DNA of 64,000 bases from Anolis carolinensis (Eukaryota), in contig NW_026943818.1 in the NCBI RefSeq assembly GCF_035594765.1, forward strand, positions 32,919,559-32,983,558. The letters are read 5' to 3'. Under the pieces are notes generated by a model that saw only the letters and a list, made by a program, of their open reading frames with translations, did no database searches and was not told the origin of the DNA. Shown piece by piece: positions 12,186 to 27,409 of this stretch. Numbering within the stretch: the first letter of the stretch is position 1; every line of letters starts with the position of its first letter. Both the position numbers and the translations under genes were made by a program.

Positions 12186-12529
12186 GCTGAACCCGAATCC
12201 CCGCAACAGTATCCCAACACTCCTCCCCTTGGTACTGTATAGACCTGCCCATACGTTGGGACTCTCAACTAAGCTCCTATCACGTATATATGTGACTACG
12301 AAGTCCACGGATCCTTGGGACCAGAATCCCCGCGACGGTATCCCCCTTGGAACTATATAGACCTGCCCGTACGACTATCATATATATCATATATACTCAC
12401 GTATATTTGGGTACTACAATGATGGCTTTTTGATACTCCCTATATACCATATAGACGCAATGTATGACTCAAGGACTCCTGCATATTCCAAATGGCAGGC
12501 CTATATACTAGTAGTGGCCAAAATTCCAG

Positions 12530-13600
12530 ATTTTGATACGAGCTCCTATGGCTACCCTATATACTCATGTATATGTTGTCGTCATGTACGTGGATGGTGA
12601 TATGCGTTCCGATGACTATCATATATATTAATGTATACGTTGACCTTATGGGACTCAAACTATGGATTTTGGTTTGAGCTCCTATGGCTACCCTATATAC
12701 TCATGTATACGTTGACGTCATGTATGTCGAGGGCAGGTTACGGATTTTGATATGCGTTCCGATGGCTATTATATATATTAATGTATATGTTGACTTTATG
12801 GGACTCAAACTATGGATTTAGATATGAGCTCCTATGGCTACCCTATATACTCATGTATACATTGATGTCATATATGTCTAGGACAGGTTATGGATTGTGC
12901 TATGCGTTCCGATGGCTATTATATATATTAATGTATATGTTGACTTTATGGGACTCAAACTATGGATTTTGATATGCTTTCTGATGGCTACCGTATATAT
13001 TATTGTATATCTTGACCTCATGGGACTCAAACTATGGATTTTGATATGCTTTCTGATGGCTACCGTATATATTAATGTATATGTTGACCTAGTGGGACTC
13101 AAACTATGGATTTTGATATGCTTTCTGGTGACTACCATATATATTAATGTATATGTTGACTTTATGGGACTCAAACTATGGATTTTGATATGCTTTCTGA
13201 TGGCTACCGTATATATTAATGTATATGTTGACCTAGTGGGACTCAAACTATGGATTTTGATATGCTTTCTGGTGACTACCGTATATATTAATGTATATGT
13301 TGACTTTATGGGACTCAAACTATGGATTTTGATATGCTTTCTGATGGCTACCGTATATATTAATGTATATCTTGACCTCATGGGACTCAAACTATGGATT
13401 TTGATATGCTTTCTGATAGCTACTGTATATATTAACGTATATGTTGACTTTATGGGACTCATGCTATGGATTTTGATATGTTTTCTGATGGCTACCGTAT
13501 ATATTAATGTATACGTTGACCTTGTGAGACTCAAACTATGGATTTTGGTATGAGATCCTATGGCTGTCCTATCGACTCATATATACGTTGACATCATGTA
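12530..13600. repeat. ~61-bp minisatellite
   Basis: ATGGGACTCAAACTATGGATTTTGATATGC repeated. Confidence 0.93.
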
Positions 13601-13949
13601 TAAAATAAATAATATAAATACAAATAATATTAAAATATAATAATAATTAATAATAATAATAATGCCTATAATGGGATTGCACGTAGTTCCGGGTTCTAAT
13701 CTATACCATTAATGACGCTACGCCAGGATGTAAATATTTCTTTTATTTTGTGGAAAGAGAATACGAGAAATTCTCCCAATTTAATAGGAAAATGAGAAGT
13801 CCGAGGAGTTCTAAGGAGCCGGGGAAACTGAGGCAAAAGTGGACCGAAAGTGGGTCCAAAGGTCTCGTTTGAGGTCACTCTGTGAGTTGGAGGTTACGAG
13901 GAGTCGGGGGCAAGAAACGAGGCAGATTGCGCCCCAAAATCCGCATCTG

Positions 13950-16180
13950 AAAGGAGTCGGTTCCAGAGCTGGAGAAGGGAGAAAGCAGCCCAGCGATGGC
14001 ATATATATATTACATAAATATATTGACTATAGATGGTAATCATTGGAGTGTTGGAGCATCGAGGAGCGACTTAGAGCTGGAGAAGTAGCAAAGGAGTCTG
14101 TTCCAGAGCTGGAGAAAGGGGAAAGCAGCCCTGCGACGGCTAATATATATATATTACATACATATATTGAATATAGATGGTAATCATTGGAGTGTTGGAG
14201 CATCTAGGAGCGACTTAGAGCTGGAGACGTAGCAAAGGAGTCCGTTCCAGAGCTGGAGAAAGGGGAAAGCAGCCCAGCGATGGCTAATATATATATATTA
14301 CATACATATATTGAATATAGATGGTAATCATTGGAGAATTGGAGCGTCTAGGAGTGACTTAGAGCTGGTGACGTAGCAAAGGAGTCCGTTCCAGAGCTGG
14401 AGAAGGGGGAAAGCAGCCCTGCGATGGCTAATATATATATATTACATACATATATTGAATATAGATGGTAATCATTGGAGAACTGGAGCGTCTAGGAGCG
14501 ACTTAGAGCTGGAGACGTAGCAAAGGAGTCCTTTCCAGAGCTGGAGAAGGGGGAAAGCAGTCCAGCGATGGCTAATATATATATATTACATACATATATT
14601 GAATATAGATGGTAATCATTGGAGAATTGGAGCGTCTAGGAGCGACTTAGAGCTGGAGACGTAGCAAAGGAGTCCGTTCTAGAGCTGGAGAAGGGGGAAA
14701 GCAGCCCAGCGATGGCTAATATATATATATTACATACATATATTGAATATAGATGGTAATCATTGGAGTGTTGGAGCATCTAGGAGCGACTTAGAGCTGG
14801 AGACGTAGCAAAGGAGTCCGTTCCAGAGCTGGAGAAAGGGGAAAGCAGCCCAGCGATGGCTAATATATATATATTACATACATATATTGAATATAGATGG
14901 TAATCATTGGAGAATTGGAGCGTCTAGGAGCGACTTAGAGCTGGTGACGTAGCAAAGGAGTCCGTTCCAGAGCTGGAGAAGGGGGAAAGCAGCCCTGCGA
15001 TGGCTAATATATATATATTACATACATATATTGAATATAGATGGTAATCATTGGAGAATTGGAGCGTCTAGGAGCGACTTAGAGCTGGAGACGTAGCAAA
15101 GGAGTCCTTTCCAGAGCTGGAGAAGGGGGAAAGCAGTCCAGCGATGGCTAATATATATATATTACATACATATATTGAATATAGATGGTAATCATTGGAG
15201 AATTGGAGCGTCTAGGAGCGACTTAGAGCTGGAGACGTAGCAAAGGAGTCCGTTCTAGAGCTGGAGAAGGGGGAAAGCAGCCCAGCGACGGCCAATACAT
15301 ACCTATATATCAGCTATATAATAATACATAGTAATCAATAGCTATTGATATAGAAATACATGGTAATCAATGAAGTGTTGGAGCATCTAGGAGCGACTTA
15401 GAGCTGGAGACGTAGCAAAGGAGTCCTTTCCAGAGCTGGAGAAGGGGGAAAGCAGCCCAGTGATGGCTTATATATTACATACATATATTGACTGTGGATG
15501 GTAATCATTGGAGAATTGGAGCGTCTGTGAGCAACTTGGAGCTGGAGTCGTAGGAAAGGAGTCCTTTCCAGAGCTGGAGAAGGGGGAAAGCAGCCCAGCA
15601 ACAGCTAATACATATATATAAATTGGCTATAGATGGTAATCAATGGAGTGATGGAGCATCTAGGAGCGACTTAGAGCTGGAGATGTAGCAAAGGAGTCCA
15701 TTCCAGAGCTGGAGAAGGGGGAAAGCAGCCCAGCTACAGCTAATACATACATATATATTGGTTATCAATACAATAATAGATGGTAATCAATGAAGGAGGG
15801 CTGGAGCGTCTAGAAGACATAGCAAAGGAGTCCGTTCCAGAGCTGGAGAAAGGGGAAAGCAGCCCAGCGATGGCCAATACATACCTATATATTGGCTATA
15901 TAATAATACATAGTAATCAATGGCTATCGATATAGTAATACATGGTAATCAATGGATTCGTAGAGCATCTAGGAGCGACTTACAGCTGGAGACGTAGCAA
16001 AGGAGTCCTTTCCAGAGCTGGAGAAGGGGGAAAGCAGCCCAGCGACGGCCAATACATGCCTATATATTGTCTGTCTAATAATACATATCGATATAGTAAT
16101 ACATGGTAATCAATGGAGTGCTGGAGCGTTTAGGAGCGACATAGCAAAGGAGTCTCTTTCAGAGCCGGAGAAGGGAGAAA
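13950..16180. repeat. ~143-bp tandem array downstream of the JSRP1 stop codon
   Basis: AGCAAAGGAGTCCGTTCCAGAGCTGGAGAAGGGGGAAAGCAGCCC about 15 times. Confidence 0.95.
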
Positions 16181-16416
16181 GCACGGTTCTTCAAGTTGTG
16201 TGTCCGAACGGCATCGGGAGATGGTCGAGAATGTGGACACAAACCTATACACAAGACATGAGAGCGGCGGCAGCGGGAAGGGCGAATCGGGCTCTCGAGG
16301 AGTGCTTGAAGCGGCTCAAACGGGCTGCGAACCGAGGCGGGAGGGGAGGGAAACCGGGACATTTTCCGAGACGGGAACCAAACGGGATTGCGGTCAGGAA
16401 AACGAGGAGGGGGTCC

Positions 16417-19400
16417 TCAGGCGTGTCTCGTGGGCTTCCTCTCCTTCCGCTCATGGGCTTTGTAGTCCTTCTCGGCTTTGCGCCGGGCCTTTTCGGCCTC
16501 GTCTCGTCCTCCTTTCGGGCTCCATATCCGCGAAAACCTCTTGCCCTCCTCTTTCGGGCTCCGTATCCGTGCCTTGCTCTCCTCCTCTTTCTCTTTGGGG
16601 CTCCGTATCCGCGTCCGCACCTTGCTCTCCTCTTTCTCTTCTTTCCCCTTTCTACGCCGGACTTCCTCTTCCTTCGGTCCGGCCTTGAGACCCTTGACCG
16701 CCTGCTCTTTGGCCGGCTTCTCTCTCCGGCTCTTCTTCACCGCTGGCTGTTTCCCAGAACGCTCCTCGTCGTCCTCGTCGTGCTCTTCGTCCTCCTCTTT
16801 CTCCTCCTCCGTTGCTTCCTTCTCCTCCTCTTCTTCCTCCATTTCCACCGTCTCTTCTTCCTCTTCTTCCTCTTCTTCCTCGATATCCGGCGGCTCCTCC
16901 GTGTCCGACCAGTCGAGCCACCGCTCGTAAAACCACCGCTCGTCCTGCGAATAAACGTGTGTACGTATGTAAATTTGTACCACGAAGGCTCCTCCGTGGC
17001 TCTTAATATCGGGACCTAACACAGCCCACGGACCCCGTCCCGATCTCAATTAAAATATTGATATAATTTTAAGCAAAATAATCAATTCCATTTGGAGATA
17101 CGGGCCCCCGAAATGTGTGTATGCGGGGCTCAGGTGCAGCCAGAAGAGGGCAATAGTGTATATAGAATATATACTGTTGCAATCCTCACTCACCAGTTCG
17201 CCAGTGCTATCCTCTTGCTGGGACCAGGCTTCCAGTTCTGCCTTGAGGATGGTTTCACCGTAGTCGATTATATCTATATAACGATAGGATGTTTAGGATC
17301 TTTAAATCCCTATTATTATTATTATTATCATCATCATCATCAACATTATATTACATTATTATTAGCATTATATTATTAGTATTATATTATATTATATTAT
17401 TAGCATTTTATTGTTATTATTATCTATTATTATCAATATAATATGTGATATTATTAGCATGTTAGTGTTGTTATTATCTGTTATTAGCATTATATTATAT
17501 TATCATTGCATTATATTATCAGCATTTTAGTGTTATTACTATCTATTATTATCATCATCATATTACATTATTATTAGCATTCTATCATCATATTACATTA
17601 TTATTAGCATTATTATATTATTAGCATTATCAGCATTTTAGTGTTATTACTATCTATTATTATCATCATCATATTACATTATTATTAGCATTCTATCATC
17701 ATATTACATTATTATTAGCATTATTATATTATTAGCATTATCAGCATTTTAGTGTTATTACTATCTATTATAATTATTATCATAATATTATTAGCATATA
17801 TTATATTATTATTAGCATTATATTATTGGCTTTTTAGTGTTATTATTATCTATTATTATTATCATTATATTACATTATTAGCATTCTATCATCATATTAC
17901 ATTATTATTAGCATTATTATATTATATTATTAGTATTATATTATTAGCATTTTAGTGTTATTACTATTATCAGTTATCATCATATTACATTATTACATTA
18001 TATTACATTATATTACATTATTAGCATGTTAGTTCTACTATTATCTATTATTATCATTATATTACATTATTATTAGCATTTTAGTGTTATTACATTATTA
18101 TTAGTATATTACATTATTATTAGCACTATTATATTGTTATGTATATTATTATATTATTAGTATTATATTATTAGCATTTTAGTGTTATTATTATTATCAG
18201 TATTACATTGTTACATTATATTATATTATTAGCATGTTAGTTCTACTATTATCTATTATCATTATAGTACATTATTATTAGCATTTTAGTGTTATTACAT
18301 TAGTATTAGTATTATATTACACTATTATTAGCACTATTATATTATTATTTATATTATTATATTATGTTATATTATTAGTATTATATTACAGTAGAGTCTC
18401 ACTTATCCAACATAAACGGGCCGGCAGAATGTTGGATAAGCGAATATGTTGGATAATAAGGAGAGATTAAGAAAAAGCCCATTAAACATCAAAATAGGTT
18501 ATGATTTTTCAAATTAAGCACCAAAACATCATGTTATACAACAAATTTGACTGAAAAAGTAGTTCAATACGAAATAATGCTATGTAGTAATTACTGTATT
18601 TACGAATTTAGCACCAAAATATCATGATTTATTGAAAACATCGACTACAAAAATGCGTTGGATAATCCAGAACGTTGGATAAGCGAGTGTTGGATAAATG
18701 AGACTCTACTGTACTAGCATTTTAGTGTTATTATCAGTTATTATCATCATATTACATTGTTACATTATATTACATTATATTATATTAGCATTTTAGTTCT
18801 ACTATTGTCTATGATTATCATTATATTACATTAGTAGTATTATATTACATTATTATTAGCACTATTATATTATATTATTATTTATATTATTATATTATAT
18901 TATATTATATTATATTATATTATATTATATTATATTATTCTCCCTCTAATTAGGAATTTATTTTTCTTTTCTTTTTGTTGTATCAACCTAGAGGCATGGA
19001 TGAGGGGCTGTGATGTCAATTTTCGAGGTTGTGGGGTGTTTACTTTTGTTGTTTTGTCCGCTGCCGTGATGCCATCACTCTTTTATATATATAGATTAGT
19101 AGTATTATATTACATTATTATTAGCACTATTATATTATATTATTATTTATATTATTATATTATATTATATTATATTATATTATATTATATTATATTATAT
19201 TATATTATATTATATTATATTATTCTCCCTCTAATTAGGAATTTATTTTTATTTTCTTTTTGTTGTATCAACCTAGAGGCATGGATGAGGGGCTGTGATG
19301 TCAATTTTCGAGGTTGTGGGGTGTTTACTTTTGTTGTTTTGTGCGCTGCCGTGATGCCATCACTCTTTTATATATATAGATTAGTAGTATTATATTACAT

Positions 19401-21763
19401 TATTATTAGCACTATTATATTATATTATTATTTATATTATTATATTATATTATATTGTATTATTAGCATTATTATGTATTATTATGTTTGTAGTCCTCAT
19501 CGGGGCGGAGATGGGACACTTGCAACGCCATCCCTTCGCAGCAAGTGGTATCAAAGTGGGTTAACGTGGTGGTGTGGCCTCCACTTTCTTACCTTGGACC
19601 ACTTGGCAGCTGACACTCAGCAGGGCCACCACGGAGGCCACGAGGAGGCACTTATTGAGGGTGAGTCCTTCCCACGGGAGGGTCTCTTTCGGGGTGGTTT
19701 TCCTCTTCGCCGGGACCATTTTGGGAGCTTCCGGAGAGAGTAAGGAATTACAATATAAGAGATCCGGCGTGGGCCAAAAATAGCCCAAAACTAACCTAGG
19801 CCCTGTAATCAATCACGTACCCGGATGGCTCACGGGCGCTTTCTCCGCTCTCGGCGGTGGCCTTTCAGTCACTTTTTCTGCCCGAAGCACCTTCTCGGCC
19901 ACTTGTTCGGCCCGGGGCGACTTGGCCGGAGCCTTCGGGGGGGTCACTGGCCGGCGGGCCGGTCGGGCCACCTCGGCCACGCTGTCCACAAACTCCTCCA
20001 GGTCCTTGTCCACGACGTGGAGCTTCTCCGTCTCTGCCTTGTCTATGCCCTGGAAGAGAGAAAGAGAACGAAAACCCATCACAATGGATTTTTGGAATTC
20101 GAATCCGGATGGTCATCTGTCGGGAGGGATCGAGTGGTGCCTTGCTTACATTAGGGGTGCTGAGCATCTCTTCTTGGCTCGAAGGCTTCTTGGCATCTGA
20201 TGAAAGACAAGAGTTGTATTTTGATCAATATGAACCCATAGAAAGAACTATCATTTGCATAATAATGATGATGATAATAATAATAACAATTGAAATAATG
20301 GTAATAGTAAAAGTAGTTATAGTAGTATAGTAATAATAGCAATAATAACAGTGATGATAATAATAATCGTACAGTAGAATCTCACTTATCCAACACTCGC
20401 TTATCCAACGTTCTGGATTATCCAACGCATTTTTGTAGTCAATTTTTTAAATACGTCGTGATATTTTGGTGCTAAATTCGTGAATACAGTAATTACAACA
20501 TAACATTACTGTGTATTAAACTACTTTTTCTGTCAAATTTGTTGTCTAACATGATGTTTTGGTGCTTCATTTGTAAAACCATAACCTAATTTGATGTTTA
20601 ATAGGCTTTTCCTTAATCCCTCCTTATTATCCAACATATTCACTTATCCAACGTTCTGCCGGCCCGTTTATGTTGGATAAGTGAGACTCTACTGTAATAA
20701 TAATAGTAAAAATAGTAATAGTAAAAATATAATGGAAGAATAGTAGTAGTAATAATATAGTAGTAATAATAATAGTGGTAATAATAATAGTAATAATAAT
20801 AATAATAGTAATAGTAAAATAGTAATATTAATAATAGTAAAAATCGTAATAGTAAAAATATAATAATTGTAATAATAGTAGTAATAATAATCGTGATAAT
20901 AATAGTAATATTAATAGTAATAGTAAAATAGTAATAATAATAGTAAAAATAGTAATAGTAAAAATATAATAATAGAATAATAGTAGTAATAATAATGATA
21001 ATAATAGTAATAGTAAAATAGTAATATTAATTTTAATAGTAAAAATAGTAAGATATAATAATAGTAATAGTAGTAATAATAATAGTGATAATAATAGTAA
21101 TATCAATAATAATAGTAATAGTAAAATAGTAATATTATTATTAATAGTAATAGTAAAATAGTAATATTAATTTTAATAGTAAAAATATAATAATAATAAT
21201 AATAATAATAGTAATTATGCTGTCACACCCACGCACCTAATAATAGTAATAGTAAAATAGTAATAGTAATAATAGTAGTCATAATAATAGTGATAATAAA
21301 AATAGTAATATTTATAGTAATATTAGTAACGTACAACAGTAGTAAAAATAGTAATAGTAATCATAATAATAGTGATAATAAAAATAGTATTGATAATAGG
21401 AATAGTAAAAATAGTAATAGCAGTAATAGTGATTATAATATAATAATAGTGATATTAATAATAACAGTAACAGTAATAATAGTAAAAGTAGTAATAAAAG
21501 TAATAATAACAGTGATATTTTTCTTAGTAATAACAGTAATAGTAATAATGATGTCAGCAATTCCTGAATCTTGATGCCACCACAGACGTATATATTGAAG
21601 CTCTAAGACTCCAATGGAAGCGCCCATTGAGTGGGGTCAGTCTAGACAGCCTTGGGGTCCCCCCTTGAATACCTCCTTGGCCCTGCTTCCGGGGGTCCAC
21701 TTGGGGGCTCTCTTGGGGGTCTTCGCCCGCCGGTTCCAGGGCTTCGCAGGGTCCGGAGGCCAT
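16417..21763 (-). CDS. JSRP1: Junctional sarcoplasmic reticulum protein 1 (JP-45), 6 coding exons, ~369 aa
   Basis: Exons 21763-21673, 20196-20150, 20049-19821, 19727-19593, 17273-17194, 16944-16417 join in frame. ETLPWEGLTLNKCLLVASVVALLS matches the conserved JSRP1 membrane segment, followed by an acidic then K/R/E-rich tail. Convergent with AMH, as in other amniotes. Confidence 0.88.
18389..18711 (+). mobile_element. Non-autonomous Tc1/mariner MITE
   Basis: Terminal inverted repeats CAGTAGAGTCTCACTTATCCAAC ... GTTGGATAAATGAGACTCTACTG, flanked by TA on both sides. Confidence 0.85.
20372..20694 (-). mobile_element. Second copy of the same Tc1/mariner MITE, opposite orientation
   Basis: Same TIRs and TA flanks; internal sequence is a diverged reverse complement of 18389-18711. 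Confidence 0.85.
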
Positions 21764-22069
21764 GGCGGGAGGGATCCCTGTGGGAAGTCAAGACAAGTCA
21801 AGTCAAGAGGCCTTGACTTGCTGATCCCCTTGTTGCCTCTTCTACCTTCTGGACCATAAAATTGTCTGACACCCGAAACCCGTCTTCTAAGAATAGGGCC
21901 CTGAAAAAACCCGGCTAGAATTCCCAGGACCCTCCCCGGACGCCCAGCAGGTGCTCCGCAGTGTCAGCGCCTGCTCTTCCACTTTGTCCGTCCGCACTGT
22001 GGATTTAATGCGGTTTCATACCACTTAAAAAAAAAAACAAACCACGGCTCAATGCGGATTGGCCCTCTT

Positions 22070-22563
22070 AAGATAGATAGATAGATAGATAGAGACAAAT
22101 TGATTGATTGATGATAGATAGATAGATAGAATCCAGCCCAACCCTCTTCTGCCTGGACGGAAGGCAACCTTTGATCCCTCCCGACAGATGGCCATCCAGT
22201 CCAGCCGCCATAGTATAGATAGATAGATAGATTGATTGATTGATAGATTGAAAGATAGATTGATAGATCGATCGATAGATAGAATCCTAGAATTGGAAGA
22301 GAACCAAGGGTCAACCAGTCCAACCCTTTGCTGCCATGACGGCACAATCCGATCCCTCCCGACAGATGGCCATCCAGTCCAGTCCCCTTAATACAGATAG
22401 ATAGATAGATTGACTGATTGATAGATATATAGGATCCTAGAGTTGGAAGGGAACCCAAAGGCCATCCAGTCCAACCCTCTTCTGCCGAGAAGGCACAAAC
22501 CGATCCCTCCCGACAGATGGCCATCCAGTTAGATATACAGATAGATAGATAGATAGATAGACT

Positions 22564-22605
<42 letters not shown>

Positions 22606-22978
22606 ATGAATCCTAGAGTTGGAAGAGAACCCAAGGGCCATCCAGTCCCCATTTCTGCTAGTAAGGAAGTCACAATCCGATCCCTCCCGACAGATGGCCG
22701 TCCAGCTAGATAGATACAAGTACATATATAGACTGATTGATGGATCGATAGATAGATGGATAGAATCCTAAAATTGGAAGACAACCCAAGGGCCATCCAG
22801 TCCAACCCCATTCCCACCAGGGAGGAAGGCACCATCCGATCCCTCCCGACAGATGACCTTCCAGTCCAGCCCTCTTATAAATAGATAGAGAGATACAGAT
22901 AGATAGATAGATAGATAGATTAATAATAGATATCAATATGAGATCATAGATAATAGAACCAGACTCTTAAGAGGGACC

Positions 22979-23050
<72 letters not shown>

Positions 23051-23393
23051 TATAAATATAATAATAATTCTTAAAATATAATAATATTTAAATCATTATT
23101 ATTATTATTATTATTGCAGAATCAAAGTCTCTTAAAGTGACCATACAGTCCAGCCTTCTTCTGCCAGGAAGGAAGGAAGTCACCATCCGATCCCTCCCGG
23201 CAGATGGCCATCCAGTCCAGCCCACATAGTATAGCTTGAGATATACAGATTGATTGATTGATGGATAGAATCCTATATTTTAAAAATATAATATGTAAAA
23301 TATAATATTTAAAATATAATAATATAATATTATTATTTTAAAATAATAATTAAAATATATTATAATAACTATAATATAATATTAATATTTTAA

Positions 23394-23424
<31 letters not shown>

Positions 23425-23581
23425 TAATATAATAGAATGAAAGTCTCTTAAAGGGACCATTTCTGCACTATAATATAATATTAATATTTTAAAATAATAA
23501 TAATAATAATAATAGAATGAAAGTCTCTTAAAGGGACCCTACAGTCCAGCCTTCTTCCGCACTATAATATTAATATTTTAA

Positions 23582-23612
<31 letters not shown>

Positions 23613-23756
23613 GAATGGAAGTCTCTTAAAGGGACCATTTCTGCACTATAATATAAGATTAATATTTTATAATAATAATAATAATAATAGAATGAAAGTC
23701 TCTTAAAGGGACCCTACAGTCCAGCCTTCTTCTGCACCATAATATTAATATTTTAA

Positions 23757-23787
<31 letters not shown>

Positions 23788-23892
23788 GAATGAAAGTCTC
23801 TTAAAGGGATCCTACAGTCCAGCCTTCTTCTGCACTATAATATTTTATTAATATTAAAATATAATATAATAACTATAATATAATATTAATAT

Positions 23893-23934
<42 letters not shown>

Positions 23935-24268
23935 GAATGAAAGTCTCTTAAAGGGACCCTACAGTCCAGCCTTCTTCTGCCAGGAAGGAAGGAAGGCACG
24001 ATCCGATCCCTCCCGGCAGATGGCCATCCAGTCCAGCCCACATAGTATAGATTGAGATATACAGATTGATTGACTGATGGATAGAATTCTATATTTTAAA
24101 AATATAATTATAATAATTAAAATATAATATAATAACTGTAATATAATATTAATATTTTATAATAATAATAATAATAGAATGAAAGTCTCTTAAAGGGACC
24201 CTACAGTCCAGCCTTCTTCTGCACTATACTATTAATATTTTAAAATAATAATTAAAATATAATATAAC

Positions 24269-24308
<40 letters not shown>

Positions 24309-24400
24309 GAATGAAAGTCTCTTAAAGGGACCCTACAGTCCAGCCTTCTTCTGCACTATACTATTAATATTTTAAAATAATAATTAAAATATAATATAAC

Positions 24401-24449
<49 letters not shown>

Positions 24450-24541
24450 GAATGAAAGTCTCTTAAAGGGACCCTACAGTCCAGCCTTCTTCTGCACTAT
24501 ACTATTAATATTTTAAAATAATAATTAAAATATAATATAAC

Positions 24542-24584
<43 letters not shown>

Positions 24585-24676
24585 GAATGAAAGTCTCTTA
24601 AAGGGACCCTACAGTCCAGCCTTCTTCTGCACTATACTATTAATATTTTAAAATAATAATTAAAATATAATATAAC

Positions 24677-24722
<46 letters not shown>

Positions 24723-24814
24723 GAATGAAAGTCTCTTAAAGGGACCCTACAGTCCAGCCTTCTTCTGCACTATACTATTAATATTTTAAAATAATAATTA
24801 AAATATAATATAAC

Positions 24815-24860
<46 letters not shown>

Positions 24861-24984
24861 GAATGAAAGTCTCTTAAAGGGACCCTACAGTCCAGCCTTC
24901 TTCTGCCAGGAAGGAAGGAAGGAAGGCACCATCCGATCCTTCCCGACAGATGTCCATCCAGTCCAGCCCTTTTAAGACAGATAG

Positions 24985-25030
<46 letters not shown>
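22070..25030. repeat. (GATA)n and (TAA)n microsatellites interleaved with GATCCCTCCCGACAGATGGCCATCCAGTCC and AGAATGAAAGTCTCTTAAAGGGACC units
   Basis: Direct inspection. Confidence 0.9.
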
Positions 25031-27409
25031 GTTTCCATCTCACCAGGCTTCTTCTTCCCGGGTCTAGTTTTGTTAGTTTCCTGGCCGGATGTCAAAAAGA
25101 TCCGTCCCAAAAATAGTCTCCTTCCCTTGCAAGGCAGAGAAGCCTCCAGGCCTGGGCTCCGGCCAAAGCCTTGACCCCACGGCCCTGGGACCCCGAGCAG
25201 GAATTTCAAAGAAATATTACAAATATTGGTGGATATTATTAGTATTATTATGATTATTATTATTATTATTACCCAAGGAGCGCAAAGCCTTTCCGCCTGG
25301 CCCTCGTCTTGTCTCTCGCTGGGATCAGACGGACGCCTGTCTCTCTTGACGGACAGCAACAGGTGGACACTGGACTCCGGACAAGCCTTTTCGGGAAGGA
25401 CCGAGGCCGGGTTGGGGCCGGGAAAGGCACCATCCGATCCCTCCCGATAGACGGCCAGCCAGTCTCTGCTCAAGGGTAATCATAATCATAATAATAATTT
25501 TAAATAAGAATACATCCGGCCAGGAAACCAACACAACTGGCAGAATAAATAAGAATACATAATAATAATTAAAGATATAATAACAGTAATATTTAAAATA
25601 TATAATGATTAAAATATAATAACAGTAATATTTAAAATATATAATAATTAAAATATTAAGAGTAATATTTAAAAATATATTATAATAATAACATTTAAAT
25701 AGATATAATAATAGTAATGTTTAAAATATATAATAATTAAAAATATAATAATAGTAATATTTAAAAATATATAATAATAATAACAACATTTAAATAGATA
25801 TAATAATAGTAATATTTAATATAATAATGATTAAAATATAATAGTAATATTTAAAATATATAATAATTAAAATAATAATACTTAAAATATATGATAATAA
25901 TATTTATATATATATAAAATAGTAATATTTAAAACATGTAATAATTAAAATAATAATAGTAGTAATATTTAAAAATATATTATAATAATATTTAAAATAT
26001 ATAATGATTAAAATAATAACAGTAGTAATATTTAAAAATATAATAACATTTAAATAGATATAATAATAGTAATATTTAAAATATATAATAATTAAAATAT
26101 AATAATAGTAATAATATTTAAAAATATATTATAATAACATTTAAATAGATATAATAATAGTAATATTTAAAATATATCATGATTAAAAATATAATAGTAG
26201 TATTTAAAATAGGTAATAATTAAAATAATAATAGTAGTAATATTTAAAAAATATATTATAATATTTAAAATATATAATGATTAAAATAATAACAGTAGTA
26301 ATATTTAAAAATATATGATAATAACATTTAAATATATATAATAGTAATATTTAAAATATATAATAATTAAAAAAAATAATAGTAGTAATATTTAAAAATA
26401 TGTGATAACATTAAAATATATATAATAATAGTAATATTTAAAATATATAATAATTAAAAATAATAATAATAGTAATATTTAAAAATATGTGATAACATTA
26501 AAATATATATAATAATAGTAATATTTAAAATATATAATAATGATTTAAAATATAATTATAGTAATATTTAAAAATATATGATAATAATAACATGTTTAAA
26601 TATATAATATATTTATAAATATATGATAATAACATTTAAATATATAAAATAATAATATTTAAAATATAATATTTAAAAATATATTATTATTAGTATTTAA
26701 ACATAACAATAATATAATAATACTAATTTAATTTAATATTATATTAATCATTTAATAATACAACAATAATTTCATAATACTATAATAGTATAATAGTAAA
26801 CATTTAATAATATAATATGACAATATAATAATAATAATTACGTTAAATATTTTTAATGGCTCTTTATCGCCATCGAGTGGACACATTGTGAAACGACACC
26901 CTTTCGATTCTAATTTCGCCTTAGACACACTTTTATCATTGAAACCAAGCCTCTCTGCTGCCATCGTGTGGCCAAATGCGGACATTGCACCCTTTGGTTA
27001 ATTTTGATTTTCCTTGCAAGGAAAATATAAATGAATTTTCCCTGTCCTTGTGACCCCTGTTTTGCTGAAAGTGGAGGGAGAGGAAGCCGGGGAATGTTGT
27101 CCTTGGAGGGGAACCGCAGACCCTCGAATGCGGCCCTTCATCAGCGGTGTTTACATTGGGTTTCCGCTCCCCTTCGGGGGAAAGGCCTTGTCCGTCAGTC
27201 ATCCATCATCCTGACATTCGGTGGAAAAGCTCTTCGGAGGCGCTTCCCACCCACGGACGGGGATTTCGCACTCATTTCCTTGCCCGTTCGGAGGAGACGT
27301 CGGCCCCAAAAAGCCATCTGGCCCAACCCGACACGACGGCACCGTCCGATCCCTCCCGACAGATGCCCACCCGCTCCACCTCGCCGCAGCCAAACCAGTG
27401 GCATCGCAG

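Noticed and set aside
22070-22920. (GATA)n as a Bkm-like sex-chromosome marker near AMH
   Set aside because: Short GATA tracts are common genome-wide; nothing here shows sex linkage.
25100-25520. JSRP1 muscle promoter or non-coding exon (MEF2-like CCAAAAATAG, E-box, minus-strand donor near 25272)
   Set aside because: Plausible, but the motifs are short and imperfect; not supportable without transcript data.
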